A stretch of DNA of 64,000 nucleotides, taken from the NCBI RefSeq assembly GCF_016432865.1, contig NC_067402.1:219480001-219544000 (forward strand), given 5' to 3'. The DNA is from Antechinus flavipes (Eukaryota). Position 1 is the first letter of the stretch. Every line of letters starts with the position of its first letter. Under the pieces are notes generated by a model. The model was not told the origin of the DNA. It ran no database searches and saw only the letters and a program-made list of their open reading frames with translations. The translations under genes were made by a program, and so were the position numbers. Of this stretch, positions 1 through 13,650 are shown one piece after another.

Positions 1-2975
1 CTTCATCTACATTTCACCATGAGGTCTCTGTTCTGCTTGGCAGTGTGTGCCAAGTTGCCTGTTGGACTTTCCAGTACAAACATGTCACAAAATGATATAT
101 TTCTTGCTTCTTTTTTGTCATTTTGTAGCCCAATTTCTGCCTTCATACTAGGGAACTTCAACATACATATTGCTACTTCTCAAATTAGTCAACTCAGCTT
201 CTATCATGTAGGCCTCCTCCAGCTACACAGAGATGGCTTTACCCTTGATCTTGCCATCATCCAAAACTTCATGATCATGTTCATGAACTGCAAACTTCTT
301 TTATATGATTATAATTGTTTATCATTTTATGTTGTATTCTGCCCAATATGACCTCTAGCCCTATCCCTCCAATCCTTATACCCCTCAGTTCTTTCCCAAA
401 TCATCATCCCTGTATTGATAACTCTCTTTTCCCTTCCCTATCTCAAACTGTTAATCATTTCAACTCTATACTATTCTCTTCACTAGAGTTTCTTGCACTC
501 TTGTCTTATCACTCACGGGTCATTCTTTGCCAGATCTAACAATTGGATTTACTCCCACCATCTATCTTCATTCTTATTGACAAGCTCCTGATGGGAACTG
601 AAGAAAATCCTGAAACTGTACTATTGGGTCCAATACAAAATTATGTAGCATAGTCTCACCTGGGAGACTACAGTAGAGCAATCATTTCATGTTTTCCTAA
701 TAGAGCCATTAGTCCACTCACCACAGTAGTTATTTCAAACCTTTTCATCTCTTTTCAAATGTCCTGTCACATCTGTCCTAACCTTTCAGCTGAGAATCTT
801 CTCATGCTTCACCACTTCTCACTTCTTCATCATTTTATATCACTTAGGATGTTCACTGCAGCTCTTCCTTCACCCATCTCACATGAAGAGGCAGTTTTTC
901 TCCTGGTCAAGGCAAACTCCTCTATGGATAACCTTTGTCCCAACCATTAGAGTTTCCCCATTTATCCTGTAGAGTCAGTCCCAACATTATCAGGTCTTTA
1001 GGTAGATGAAAGATAACAAATGAAAGAGGCTAGAGAACCAGTTCCCGTTATGGTCACTGGGGAAGACAAAAGGCACCTGGTGACTTGTAGTAGATTATAG
1101 AAAACTGAACAAAGCTATCACGTCCATTGTTTGACCATTTTTGACTTCTTAATACTTATCAGAGTGTCAGAATATGGGGCCTACGTAATAGGCCCTTAAT
1201 AAATACTTATTAACTTGATTCATCAATGTGGAAAACCAGTAGCTTGGGCCCAGTGTGAGTATGGAATGAAGGCTAATGTTCTTGTTTTGTTTTCTTTTGT
1301 TGTTCCCCTCTATTCCTATGGCTAAGGCTAGTTGGGAAAAATTCATTTGCTCCTGGTTCTCTTTCATATTTGACTGCTCCTTCTTAATCTCCTTTGCTGG
1401 ATGCTTGCAGAGATCAAGGCTTCTAAGCAAAGAAAAGTGTCCCTCAGGGTTCTCTTCTGGATCCTCTTCTCTTTCCCCTTCCCCTACATGATCTCATCAA
1501 TCTCCAGTGGATTTAATTAACATCTCTCTTCTGATGATTCTCAAATCTACCTATCCTGGCCCAACCACTCTGTGGACCTCTTAATTTCCCATCTCCAAGT
1601 GCCTCTCAGACTTCTCAATCTAGATGTGTAATAGGCACCTTAAACTCCACATATCCAAATTGGCACTTATTATCTTTTCCCACAAAGCCTCCCTTCCCTA
1701 TTACTGTTGAGGACAACACCTTCCTCCTGTACCTCACAATCTATTCCTCATTATTTCCTCCCCATAGCTGATCTGTTGCCAAGGCTTATTGATTTCACTT
1801 TTGCAACATCTCTCAAATATGCCCCCTTCTTTCTGCTGACATCGCCGTCACTCTGGTGCAAGACTCATCCCCTCATACCTGGACAATTGCAATAACCAGC
1901 TGGCGTGTCTGACTACCTCATCTCTCTTTACTGCAATCCACTTTCCTTCAGTCACCACAATAATTTTCCTAAAAAATAGATTTGACCATGTCACCCTCCT
2001 ATTCATTAAACTCCATGAGCTCTCTATTGCCCTAAGATCATATACAAAATGTTCAAAGCACTTCATTGTAATGTTCTGGTTGGTTTTCTGGAGGTCTCTG
2101 GACCAGCCTTTTTTTCACCCATGAGAATAGCTAGAGATAAAGTCCAAAAATCTTTATTGTCTCCTTGCCTGGGGCTCGGGTGAGCTTTCTGGAGGTCCTC
2201 CAGAATGTGTCTTGGTTTCTGTGGGGGAAGTAGGAGGCACCATGACGGTCTCTGTCTTGAAGTCTGTCTCGGTCTAAGAGCTTTGTGCTCCAGCCTTCAG
2301 TCTTCTGTCTTCTTCGAGTCTGTCTCTGAGCCCCTTCTGAGTCTGACTGAGTTTGTCCCAGTTTATATGCAGTATATTGAGTATAAATAAATCATTATTA
2401 TCACTAGGGAACCATTATTTGTTGTAAGATTAAATCAATCATACTGAATTAGAGAACTATTAATCACCATGCTAAACTAGATAACCATGGTCTTATCAAT
2501 TCTGCTGACTTAACACCTTGTAAGAATCCTTGTTTCAGGTACAGAGTTCTGGCCCATAATATTTCATAACCCATACAATCTTATTATACTTTACTCCCTA
2601 GCAGGTAATCTTTAGTCTAATGACCTCTTTGCTGTTGTATGAATAATACACTCCATCTCTCAACTTTAGGCATTTTCTCTGGCTCTTCCCTCTAGAATGC
2701 TCTCATTCCTCATCTCTGCCTTTTTGTTTCCTTTAAGTCACAGTCAAAATCTTCTTTTACAGAAAGCCTTTCTCAATCCCTTTTAATTCTAGTGCCTTCT
2801 GTTAAATATTTCATATTTATTCTGTATATAGTTTTTATGATAGGTTTATTGCCTCCATTAAATTTTGAGCTCCTTGAGGACAGAGACTGTGTTTTGCTTC
2901 TTCTATATCCTCAATACTTACTACAGTGCATGGAACAAAGTAGACACTTAACAGGTGTTTATTGATTAATTGATT
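1..2975 (+). mobile_element. Fragmented L2 LINE (ORF2 remnant and 3' tail): pieces at about 1-950, 1480-2066 and 2562-2975
   Basis: L2-like motifs (aacttcaacatacatatt, accttgatcttgccatcatc, gaccatgtcaccctcc...aaactcc, and tail gagctccttgaggacagagactg...cttaacaggtgtttattgattaattga). The sequence rejoins across the 2067-2561 insertion. Confidence 0.75.
2067..2561 (-). mobile_element. Solo ERV LTR (~495 bp) inserted into L2
   Basis: TG...(C/T)A termini; minus-strand TATAAA (2362-2367) and AATAAA (2153-2158) in LTR order; flanking cttcat/tttcat target-site duplication; removing it restores the L2 text. Confidence 0.75.
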
Positions 2976-3584
2976 TTTCAAAATCTGACCTTAATCTCTA
3001 CAACAGAGAAGAAATATCTCTCACCATCCTGAGGACCTGCTATTGTCTGATATTAAATATAACTCTAAGGATTTCCAATTGACCCTATTAATAGTAACCA
3101 GCATGGATGTTGCCCAAAGGCTCTTACCATTATTGATTCTCACAAATTCATAAAGCCCATTCCTACAATACACCAAACTCCAAATAGCTTCCAGAGAGAG
3201 AGCTGTGATCCAGACAAGAAATGTTTTCCTTTTCTCAACTCCCATATGGAAACTGAGATGTCTCTATTTACAATTCTGGGGTTCATCTAGTATGGATAGT
3301 AAACAGACTGCTGTTATTCATGAGCTCCTTATGTATTTGATAGCTCCCTTCCATGCTACTATGATGAGTTGGGCATATAACCTCTAGTCTCAGTGTCCTT
3401 GAAGTGCTAAGAAAGATCCTAGCCTCGAGATAACTTTAGCCTTGACCTTCAAAAGAAACTTCTCAAGTCTGCATACAGAGATTGGTGTAGCTTAGAACTG
3501 CCATGTTGGATAGAGGTTTAGGTAATGCCTTATACTACTTTATAAATGAGTAAAAGGATCTTTAATGCCTTACCTTAGATGTAA

Positions 3585-4140
3585 CAATCAGTCATTTAAT
3601 AAATATTTAAGCACTTACTATATGTTAGGTATAATGTTATTTGCTGATGATATAAAGAAAGTACAAGGAGAAAAAATAAAAAAGGTTTACTAAGAGTTTA
3701 CATGCTGGTGGGAAAGATAATATATAAATAACTACATATATAAAAGATTATGTGTACGTACACATACATACACGTATATATGGATATGTATGTATATATA
3801 TAAAAGTGATCTCAAAGGAAAAGCACTAGCAGTGAAGGGGTTAGAGTGACTGAGAAAAGTCTCTTGCCTAAGATGAGATTTGAGCTGAAGGAGATGAGGG
3901 AAGCCAGAAGGTAGAAGTGAGGAAAGAGACAGCATTTTTAGGTTTGGGAAATAGATAGTACATGAAAATCAAGAGATGGGATGCTATGTTCAAGGAACTA
4001 TAAGTAGTCCTGTGTAGCTGATCCTAGAGTACATGAAGGAGAGTGAAATATAAGAATAGGAGAAAAATTGCAAAGGACCAGATTGTGAAGGGTTTTAAGT
4101 GTTAAATAGCATTTATATTTGATGTTGAAGAATAATAGAG
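3585..4140 (-). mobile_element. L2 fragment (antisense)
   Basis: Purine-rich gagatttgagctgaagga...gaagtgaggaaagagacagcatt and cagattgtgaagggttttaag motifs typical of reverse L2. Confidence 0.6.
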
Positions 4141-4144
4141 ATTC

Positions 4145-4782
4145 TGTAGTAGAAATATGCCCGTATAACCTTTTGATATTTCTTAGACTCCATTTTGTAA
4201 TCTAGAGTCCATCTTGTGATTTTGACTTATGATTCAGCTTTCATTTGCTATAAAAATTTATTAGCTCACTTGCTAAACTCTCACATCTTGCTTAGGGAAC
4301 CATCTCCTACCCTGTTCCTCAGCATCAGACCATCCTTGTCAAGATGATTCAAAGTTAGAATAGTTCAACTATTCTGCATCATTAGACACATCCTACAACC
4401 TAGAGATAGGTCCTACCACTATTCAGCTGCTAGAGATAAATACTCCATCTCCATCCATATGGCTGGTGGAAATGCCCTAAAATAACCCTTAAAAAACCAC
4501 AATCAAATTTATAGTCAGTGGAGTCATCAGTTGGACACCTTCTACCCTTAGTTGATGGTTGGAGATCAACTCTCTTTTCTCACAAGCATTACCTAAGTCC
4601 CTGAGTGAGACCCTTCTCCCATTACAATATGCTCCTTCTCTTCCTTCCCAAAGATTTAGACATTTGTGTCACTGGTCCCTGGATCTTTCTGACACCCACC
4701 ACCAGCTTCTGGTAGTGGCAAGTGTTACTGTGTTTCTAATAAAGCCTCTTGTAATAAAACTTGGGGCCATTCCCTGTTGTCA
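4145..4782 (+). mobile_element. Candidate solo ERV LTR (~640 bp)
   Basis: Starts TGTAGTAG and ends TGTTGTCA; TATAAA at 4249-4254; AATAAA at 4738-4743 and 4753-4758; flanks GATTC/GAATC (4 of 5). No tRNA primer-binding site recognised downstream; the 3' boundary is uncertain. Confidence 0.5.
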
Positions 4783-5220
4783 GAATCCAATTGGACCAGT
4801 CAGAGTTAAAAACTGAGCCTGAACCATCCTTCTCCCCTTAGCTAATGAGCCATTGACCAAAAATGAGACTGAATTTTCTGACATCTGTACCTCCATAGAC
4901 AAAGTGAAACAGACAGCTCTACTGTCTTCTCTGGGGAAAACAAGGGATTAATCATGAATTAATTAATCCATTAATCACTGACCAGAGCTGGGACTAGGAC
5001 TCTTGGCAGCTGTACCTTTGTGGGCACTATCTATTTTCATAAAAAAAAAAAAAAACCCAAGGGATGAGAATTAAAACAGCAAGTTTTCCTTACTCATGCC
5101 TTATGGATCCATGAGCCATTGACCAGGACTAGTAAATGGATTAAGGTCTGATGGTAGGAATGTCATGAAGATAGGGAATTTCTTTTCATTGTGGTCAATC
5201 TAGGGTTTGTACCTTTAGTG

Positions 5221-5340
5221 CCAGGGTGGAGAACCTTTTTTCTGCCAAGGCCCATTTGGATATTTATAATATCATTTGTCACACAAAATTATCAATTTAA
5301 AAACTCAAGTAGTAGGAAGTTGTTGTAGCAAAGTGAAGGA
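5221..5340 (+). mobile_element. hAT (Charlie/MER-type) DNA transposon end
   Basis: ccagggtggagaaccttttttctgccaaggcccatttggatatttataa resembles a hAT MITE terminus. Confidence 0.5.
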
Positions 5341-5514
5341 AGAGAGAGTTAATGTGCCTATCTCCCATTTGGAAAATAAATAAAGAAATGATATAAAATC
5401 CCATTTCTTTTCATCATGGAAGCCAGAAATAAAAGTGCTACTGATGGGCAGGCATTAGGCTTGGAAAAGCTAGTTACCCCATATCTGATTTCCACTGATA
5501 CATATTCTTACAGA

Positions 5515-7720
5515 AATTCAGAGCTGGCAGGACCCTAGAAGCCAACTAGTCCAATCTAAACCTGAACAATATATGTCAGAAATTGTCATACAATTTTTTG
5601 CTTTAAGATCTACACTGTGAGGGAATCTTTCCCATTTATCAATAACTCTAATTTCTAGGAAATATTTTTCTTAATAGTATTTTATTTTTCCAAATACATG
5701 TCAAGATAGTTTCCAACATTCATTTTTGTAAGACTTTGTATTCCAAATTTTTCTTCCTCACCTCCCCTTTTCCCAAATCAGCAAGCAATCCAAAGGAGGT
5801 AAACATGTATTATCTAGGAAATATTTTCTTACATAAAACTTCTATTGTTCTTTGTAACATCTAGCTATTGTTCTGTCTCTGAACAAAAAGTACTCTTCCA
5901 CATAATACTCTTCAAATATTTGAAGATATATCTTTGAATATATTGAATACCATCTGAGCCCTCTTTCTTCAGACATTTCTACTTCCTTCAAACATTTTGC
6001 TTATGGCATAAATTTGAGATCATTTCTCATCATGATTAACCTCCTTTGGAGCATTTCCTCTGGATCATTCATATTCTTCCTATTTCCAGCACATTACTCA
6101 ATACCCAAATAAATCTATGACTTAATCATTTTCGATATTTTTTTTCCTGATGTGCAGATTGTAATCTACCCATTCCTGAATATTCTGTGTGATTCCCTAT
6201 AACATTATCACCACAATAATATACCTTACATGCTTCAGGTTTTTCTCAATTTTTCCTAATATTTTAATGATATTAGTGGAATGCACGCTTTTACCTAGCA
6301 TCCCTCTCCTTTCCTGTTATGACCACTCCTACTTCTACAAGATGTTCCCCTGAAGATGTTCAGGGTGTTTCTAAAGTCTCAGTGAAGTTATAAATTACTT
6401 TAGTAGTTACTTTAGGTAGATACCTTCAATTAATTTTTCCATTGACCTATATGTTATATTTATTTTTTTAAATGAAGTTGTATTGATATCTCCTGTTTTT
6501 ATATCACCTATATTCCCTACCATATACCTCCCTTTCCATTTCCAGAGAGGTAGCCCTTACCAAAAAAAAAATTAAAAATTAGTTTGGCAAAACTAAGCCT
6601 ACTGAAAAATTCTGACATATACAGTATTTATACCCATAGTTTTCCACCTCTGGTTAAAAAGTACCTTGGGGAAAATACATTTTCAGATATTTTTTGAGGA
6701 TCAAGCTTGGTTGTCATAATTTTGCAACAATTTGATTAGTTATTTTTTGTTTGTACATTGTTGTGGTCATTGTATACACTGTTTTTTTTTTTTTTTGGTC
6801 CTGCTTACTTCACTTGACATCAGTTCATATTTGTCTTTTTATGCTTCCTTGTATTCATCATATTGATTCATTTCTTAGGATACTGTAACATTCCATTACA
6901 TTTATGTATCACAATTTAACTATTTCCCAGTTAAAATTGATTGGCATCTATTTTGTCTCCAATTCTTTCCTACTATGAAAATTATTGTTATAAATATATA
7001 TACACATATGTATTTTATTCTTCAGATAATATACTTATGTCTTAAAGCTAGAAAGAACACTAGTGAATGTTGGTATTTTTTTAATAGGCCTATTTCTCTG
7101 GAAGAAGTAATGGATTGTAGAGTGACTATCCAGTACCTTTGCAGTTTTCTGATGGTTTGATTTCTCTTGGCTTTTTAATTCTATTAATTTGTGGTGTCTT
7201 AAGTATAAATGTTGCTAGACAAGCTCTATAGCATCTAAATATTATTCCTCTTTTAATGTAGCCTAAAATTGACTGATGAATGGCACTTATATCAAGCTTC
7301 CCCTTTACTAAAACACCATTATCTTTCTCAAATGAATTATTGTCCAACTACTCCTCTCCTATCTTGTACTTGTGATATTGATTATTTGAACCCAAAGGTT
7401 CAAATTTACATTTATTTACATTTACATTTATCCCTATGAAATTTCTTCTTTTTATTGGTCCCAATGTTAGCCTATCAAGTTCAATTTGAATCTTCAATCT
7501 GTTTTCCAATATAATAGCATCTGTGGATTTCCATAACATGCATCCACACCTTTATCCAAGTAATTGTTTAAAAAAAAAAAGAAAAAGAAAAAGTCAAATA
7601 ATAAAAGGCCAAACACAGATCCTTAGGGCAGTCCACTGGAATCATTCTTCCAAGTTGACCTCAAACCATTAATTTCTGAATCCATTGAATTTTAGGCCCA
7701 TTTATCCATCTTTTGCAAAA
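5515..7720 (-). mobile_element. CR1/L3 LINE remnant, interrupted by old L1 3' pieces (about 5660-5815 and 6470-7000)
   Basis: Minus ORFs 7348-7539 (ENRLKIQIELDRL...NVNKCKF...NNQYHKYKIG) and 7126-7347 (GVLVKGKLDIS...ILGYIKRGI) match the CR1 reverse-transcriptase C-terminus. Confidence 0.75.
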
Positions 7721-8089
7721 GGACAGTGTGAAAAGTAAATTAAAACCTTATTTTACTTGGCATAGTAACTGACACATAGAAAGTGCTTAATGAACTGACT
7801 CAGTTTTAGTTCAATTGAAAGTATTAAGAAACAAGTATTTCTTCAGTCTAAAATAATTCCCAGATTTCCTAGGAAAAAGAGAAGACTTTATCAATACTTA
7901 CATTTCTCAGGAAAAAAATGAGTTCCAGTAAATTTTTTTTTCCTTTTGCTTAGATCCAATTCCTTTCTTTTCAGAACATTCATAAAAGTCAAAAATAAAA
8001 GCTAAGGACCTAGAAAATGTATTAATTCAGTTAACCAAATTTAGAAAGAGAAATGCTTTAGATTTAGATAAGATCCCTGAAAAGATTAG

Positions 8090-8722
8090 AGTTGAGATTT
8101 TTAAATTGTGGCCTATGGATCCCTGAACATCCTTAAAGCCCTTTTGGGGGCCTAAGTAAAAATTACTTTCAGAATAATATTAAGTTGTTGTTTGCCTATT
8201 AAAATACTTACATAGAAGCATTTTCTTCATGTACTTCAATCATAACAGCATATCAAAAAAAGATCGAATGCAGAAGCAATAAGAGAATTTTACAGTCATC
8301 TGTTAAACCAGACAGACATTAAAGAGATTTGCAAAAATATGTTTAAGTGCCATTCTTTGCATTAATTTTTTTTTTTTGAGGCAATTGGACTTAAGTGATT
8401 TGCCCAGGGTCACACAGTTTGGAGGTGTTAAGTGTCTGAGGTCACATTTGAACTCGGGTTCTGTTGACTTCAGGGCTGGTGTTCTATCCACTGAATCACC
8501 TAGCTACCCCTGCATTAATTTTTTTACTTTGTAAAGTTCATAAAAATATGTTATGGAATAACAAATTATTGTTATTTTAAAATGAATTAGTAAACATGTT
8601 TTATTTCTAATTTGGTAAATATTATTAGATAGAATTCACACAGACAAAAGCTCATTTGGGGTCTTCGATATTTTTTAAGCGCATAAAAGGATCTCAAGGC
8701 CAAAAAGTTTGAGAACCATTGA
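8090..8722. mobile_element. hAT/Charlie-like DNA transposon remnant with a nested SINE
   Basis: Ends ggccaaaaagtttgagaaccattg (reverse complement of a CAATGGTTCTCAAACTTTTTGG hAT terminus); split by the SINE at 8373-8510. Confidence 0.5.
8373..8510 (-). mobile_element. Marsupial tRNA-derived SINE (WSINE1-like) with target-site duplication
   Basis: Reverse complement of ggggtagctaggtgattcagtggatagaac...gagttcaaatgtg; T-tail; TSD tgcattaattttttt at 8358 and 8511. Confidence 0.85.
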
Positions 8723-8976
8723 CTTAAAAGGCATTAGGAATGCCTAATGGGAAAGTGAAATCTTTGGATCACTTCCTGTAATTTATGGGCTCTAAGTGGA
8801 TAGCTTTTGAAGAAAATGGCCAAAGAGGGATTGAGTGATTTTAGGAGAATGAGTCTTCTGGGGCTTTTCAAAAGATTATTATTCTAGTGACTAAATTGTA
8901 CGATTATATCTTATCTTATGAAATTTTTCTTGTAAACATTCTTATAAATGCTACTTGAAAGTGTCTTGTTTTAGAG

Positions 8977-9177
8977 CAGAGAGGGTTTCTTAAACTGAGG
9001 TACCTAAATTTGCTTTTTCAAAATATTTTGATAATTGTATTTTAATAGAATTGATTTCTTTGTAATCTTAAGTGTTTTACTTTAGGTATTTAAAAACATT
9101 GTTTTGAGAAGGGATCCATGAGGGTTCACCAGATTACCCATGAGATCCAGGACACATAAAAAGATTAAAAACCTCTG
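8977..9177 (+). mobile_element. hAT-type MITE (~200 bp); reverse-orientation relatives near 44680-44780 and 47770-47900
   Basis: Imperfect terminal inverted repeats caga(ga)gggtttcttaa / ttaaaaacctctg; internal aatattttgataattgtatttt...tttaaaaacatt...gagaaggg motif. Confidence 0.55.
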
Positions 9178-10649
9178 TTTGGGAAAGATGTTTGAAGACA
9201 TTAGAAGGTGTTTATGTCAGTTCAAATATTTCTCCTAAGTAAACCAATGCTTGAATTTAAAATAATGATAAATTAATAAAAATTGCTTTTGGCAAGCTTA
9301 TGTCAATAAGACATATTATGGTATTAATATATATCTTTGACACTAGATAATTGCATAAGAAACTGTCAATTCTTTGCTAGCATCTAAGTAAGCCTCATCT
9401 GCTGCTATTCATTCTCTTGTTACCAGTTTAGTAACCCTGTCAAATAAGAAAATTAAGTTAGTCTGGCATGACCTGTTTTTAATGAAGCCACAAATTATTT
9501 TTTCTAGATGTTTACTAACCATGTAATAATGTGTCCTGGAATTTTGTCAGTAAGTAAGTGAGTTCAACTCACTGACCTCTAGGATGCAGAATTCATTTTC
9601 TTTCTTCCTCCCTCCTCTTTTCTTTTGAAACTGGCACTTTGGCCTCCTTCAATCCAGTAATACTTTTTCTTTTTTCTTTTGTATCCTAAAAATCATTGAC
9701 AGTCACTCAGCAATCATATCTATTGGGTTTTTTTTCCCCCATATCCTGTGATTTAGTTGTGATGCTTGAACTCATTAAGGGCAGCTAAGTACTCTCTTAC
9801 TATCTTATTTATTTAGGGCATCAACTCCCTATTAGCTATTCAGGTTCTGTCCTTTCCTCTGCAAAGATCATTCTCCTTGGCAGAGAAAAAAAAAGAACAA
9901 AAACAAGAGCTGAGCAGTTCCATCTCTTCTCATCACTGCCATATCCACATGGAGTAGCAAATGTATCCCTTTTTGAATTTCCCATTTTTTCTTAATTAAG
10001 CTAAAAGATTAAAAAAAAAAAAAAAGCATTTGTACCATCCTCAGCTTTTCTTACTAGCCTCAGCTATGTCTGAGCTACCTTTGAATTACCAGACCTCTGG
10101 GAACCATGCCCTGGGTGATAGTCTACTCAGTCCTGGAATCAGTGTACTGGGTCCATGCTACACCAATTTGGTGATCTAGTTAGTGTAGACACATGTAGTT
10201 TGCTCTATCTAGTCTATCTCCAGACTGTGTTTTCACATCCCATCCAACCATTTATCCCCATTCATGCCTTTGCCATTGACCTTGCTAAGTGTCCCTTCCC
10301 TTACTTCTTTCTCAGGGAATAATAATCAAATCAACACTACTATTGCTTCTGGGAAAGGGATGTCAATTGATTCCCCACTGGCTCTCCTCACTACCTGTCT
10401 GACTTGCTAAATTGAAACACCTTCCCTGGCTGCTTCTCTCTTATATGTGTGGTCTCCCCAGACTACAACATAAGCTTCTTAAGAACAGGAATTCATTATT
10501 TATATTCAAAGGGCTTAAATATGGTTTCTTGCTGATTGTATGGGTTTATTATGTACTTTTCATTTATTCATTTAGCATTCCTGACACAGGATCATGTGAA
10601 ATAGATGCTATACGATTATTGTGTCCATTTTACCAGAGAGGAAGCTGTC

Positions 10650-11150
10650 CATCTTATAGGGGAAAATAAGGTTCTGTTAGGAGTCAGATGACCTGAATTT
10701 GAGTCCTAGTTCTGTCAGTTACTTCTTTTTTGACCACGGGCAAGTAATAATAACAATGATAATGGTGATGCTAATAATAATAATTAGTATTATCATACTT
10801 TAGTAGAAAGAAGATAAGATTTGTAGACAAAGCAACCTGGGTTTGAATCCTGGATTTGCCACTTATTTCCCGTGTGACTATAGATAAGTTATCATAATAA
10901 TAACAATAGCTAGCGTGCATTAGTACTTTAAGATTTGTTAGGAGGTGCTATAGTTATCCCTATTTAACAGATCAGGAATTGAGTCTTAACAGAGGCTAAG
11001 ACATTTGCCTAAGATTACATAGCTAGTGTCTGAGACTGGATTTTAACTCTACTTCCTGATTCCTGAGCCAAGTCTCAATCTATTCTACAATCAAGCTGCC
11101 CCTCTAGATCTTCATTTCTTCATCTATAAAATGAAGGATTTAAAGTCATA
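10650..11150. mobile_element. Cluster of MIR/core-SINE fragments
   Basis: cctgggtttgaatcctgg, gtgtgact, atctataaaatgaagg core motifs in both orientations. Confidence 0.6.
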
Positions 11151-11154
11151 GGCT

Positions 11155-11917
11155 TATTTTTTTTTTTATAGCTTTCAACATTTATTTTTGCAGGACTTTG
11201 TGTTTCAAATTTTTCTCCCTCCCTTCCTTACCTCCCCTCTCCCCAAGACAGCAAGGAATCTGATATAGGTTAAATATGTACAATGTTTAAAAGATAAACA
11301 TATTTCTACATTTGTCATGCTATGCAAGAAAGATCAGACCAAAAGGGGAAAAACCATGAGAAAGAAAAAACAAACAAAAAGTGAAAATACTATGTTTCTA
11401 TTCTCATTCAATCTCCATAGTTCTGTCTCTGTATGTGGGTGGCATTTTCCATTCCAAATCTATTGGAATTGCCTTGAATCACCTCATTGTTGAAAAGAGC
11501 TAAGTCCATCACAGTTGATCATCACATAATTTTGTAATTATTGTATACAGTGTTTTCCTGATTCTGCTCACTTCAATCATCATCAGCTCATGTAAGTCTT
11601 TCCAGGCTTTTCTAAAATCAGGCTGTTCATGTTATAGAACAATAATATTTCATTACATTCATATACCATAACATATTCAGCCATTCCCCAACTGAGGGGC
11701 ATCCACTCGATTTTCAGTTCTTTGCTACCACAAAAATGGCTGCTACAAAAATTTTTGCAATATGGGCCATTTTCCCTTTTTTATGATCTCTTTGGATACA
11801 GACCCAGTGGTGACATTGTTGGATCAGAGGGTATGCACAGTTTTATAGCCCTTTAGGCATAGTTCCAAATTGCTCTTCCGAATCGGTGGATCATTTCACA
11901 ACTCCCATCAACAATGA
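11155..11917 (-). mobile_element. Older 5'-truncated L1 (ORF2 C-terminus plus 3'UTR)
   Basis: T-tail; cattcatataccataac...ggcatccactc...ggatcagagggtatgcacag...cacaactcccatcaacaatg is homologous to the L1 at 55341-56182 but diverged. Confidence 0.8.
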
Positions 11918-12419
11918 AGTAATGGACTCCTAAAGGTTCTTCAAAGTAATTTACTCCAGGTTATAACTATTTGACACTTGAGGCAGGATTGAAATTCGAA
12001 GTCTGCCTGATTCCAAATTTAGTTCCCAGCTATTCAGATATCACCAGTACTCTCTAAATTGTGGCATCCTGGTGCAAAATTCTGATCACCCAACCCTGGT
12101 TATGCTTCTGCTTTCATGGACAGTGGTGAAAATATTATCTGCACCCTTAAGGTCTTCAACTTCTTACCCAAGATTTTGTAATCTTTAGTAATGCTTTCTA
12201 AGTTTCTTTTAGAAGTATCATGTGGGCCCACATGAATCACCATACGTTAGCAGTAATCATTTGGTTCTACAAGTCTTGGGAGTATTTCTGTCACATCTTA
12301 GATACATATTCCAGGAAGAGAGCCAATCTCTCTAAGATTGTTACCAGATTGACACTTCCCTCAGTACCACTGTCATCAGACATTGACTCACAGGATTACA
12401 GAAATTCAAAATTAGAGAG

Positions 12420-13275
12420 TGGCAATCTAGTCCAACCCATTCACACAAGGAGTCTACACAACACTAAACTTGACAAATAGCCTTCTAACCTGTGCTTGAA
12501 GACCTCCAAAGAGTGGGAACTCCCTAGCTATGTAGCCAACTTCACTTTTGGACAACTGTAATTCTTTTTTTTTTTTTGTATTCCACTTAATTTTGCTTCT
12601 TTACAGCCTCCATCCATTGTTCCTGGTTCTGTCGTCTGGGGTCAAACAGAACATGTCTGATTTCCTTCTCCACACGACACCCTTCAAATATCTGAAAAAA
12701 GTTGTAGACTAGCTATCTCCTAGTCTTCTTTTCTCCAATTTAAATATCCCCAGTTCCTCCAACTGATTGTATTATGACACAAACTCAAAGCTTTTTAACT
12801 ACCCAATTTCCCTGATCTGGATACTTGTCAGTTTATACATGTTCTTCTTAAACTATGAAACATGTTTAACTGAACATAATAAGTCCAGATGAGGTCTGAG
12901 GGGGACAGGGAAAAGTGAGATCATCACCTCACCTTTTCCTAAAAGCTATGCCTCTTTGGGTGCAGCCCAAAATTGAATCAGTTTTTGTTATTTTGGTTTT
13001 TTTGGGCTGCTACATCATGTTGCTGACTCTTAAACTATGATACGTGTTTAACTGAATGTAATACTCCAGATGAAGTCAGAGGGGGTCAGGGAAAAGTGAG
13101 ATCATTACCTCTTTTTTCCCTAGAAACTATGCCTCTTTTAATGCAGCCCAAAATTGAATCAGTTTTTTTGGGGATGTTGCTGACTCATTTTGAGCTTGGA
13201 GTCCACTAAGCCCTACAGAACTTTTTTAAAACAATTAATGTCCTAGCACACTCTTCAATTTTATATTTGTGAAGG

Positions 13276-13311
<36 letters not shown>

Positions 13312-13650
13312 CCAAGAATAATACTTTACATTCATCCCAGCTGAATTTAATCCTGCTAGATTCAGGCAAATACTCTGGCCTGTTAATATTCTTGGGGATC
13401 CTGACTCCAATAATATACTCCAGTATGTTAGCTAGTCATTAGATTGGGAGTTCCTGGAGGGCAAGGGCTGTTGTCCTTTTTGTATCCTCAGCATTTAGCA
13501 CTGTTTCTGGCACACAGCAGACACTTGATAAATGATTATTGACTATCTGACTAACTAGTCCTTTCAACCTTGTGTCATCTGCAGATCTGAGAAGGAAGCC
13601 AGATATACCTTTATCCAAATCATTAAGAAGAGGATTTTCTCCTTCCTCTA
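12420..13650 (-). mobile_element. CR1/L3 remnant containing a 182-bp tandem duplication and a (GT)n tract
   Basis: CR1-like cttttctccaattta, tactccagatgaggtctg, gcagcccaaaattg and gtcatctgcagatctg motifs; (TG)n at about 13277-13310. Confidence 0.7.

Noticed and set aside
7126-7539. Short ORFs with reverse-transcriptase-like words
   Set aside because: Decayed CR1/L3 ORF2, not a host gene.
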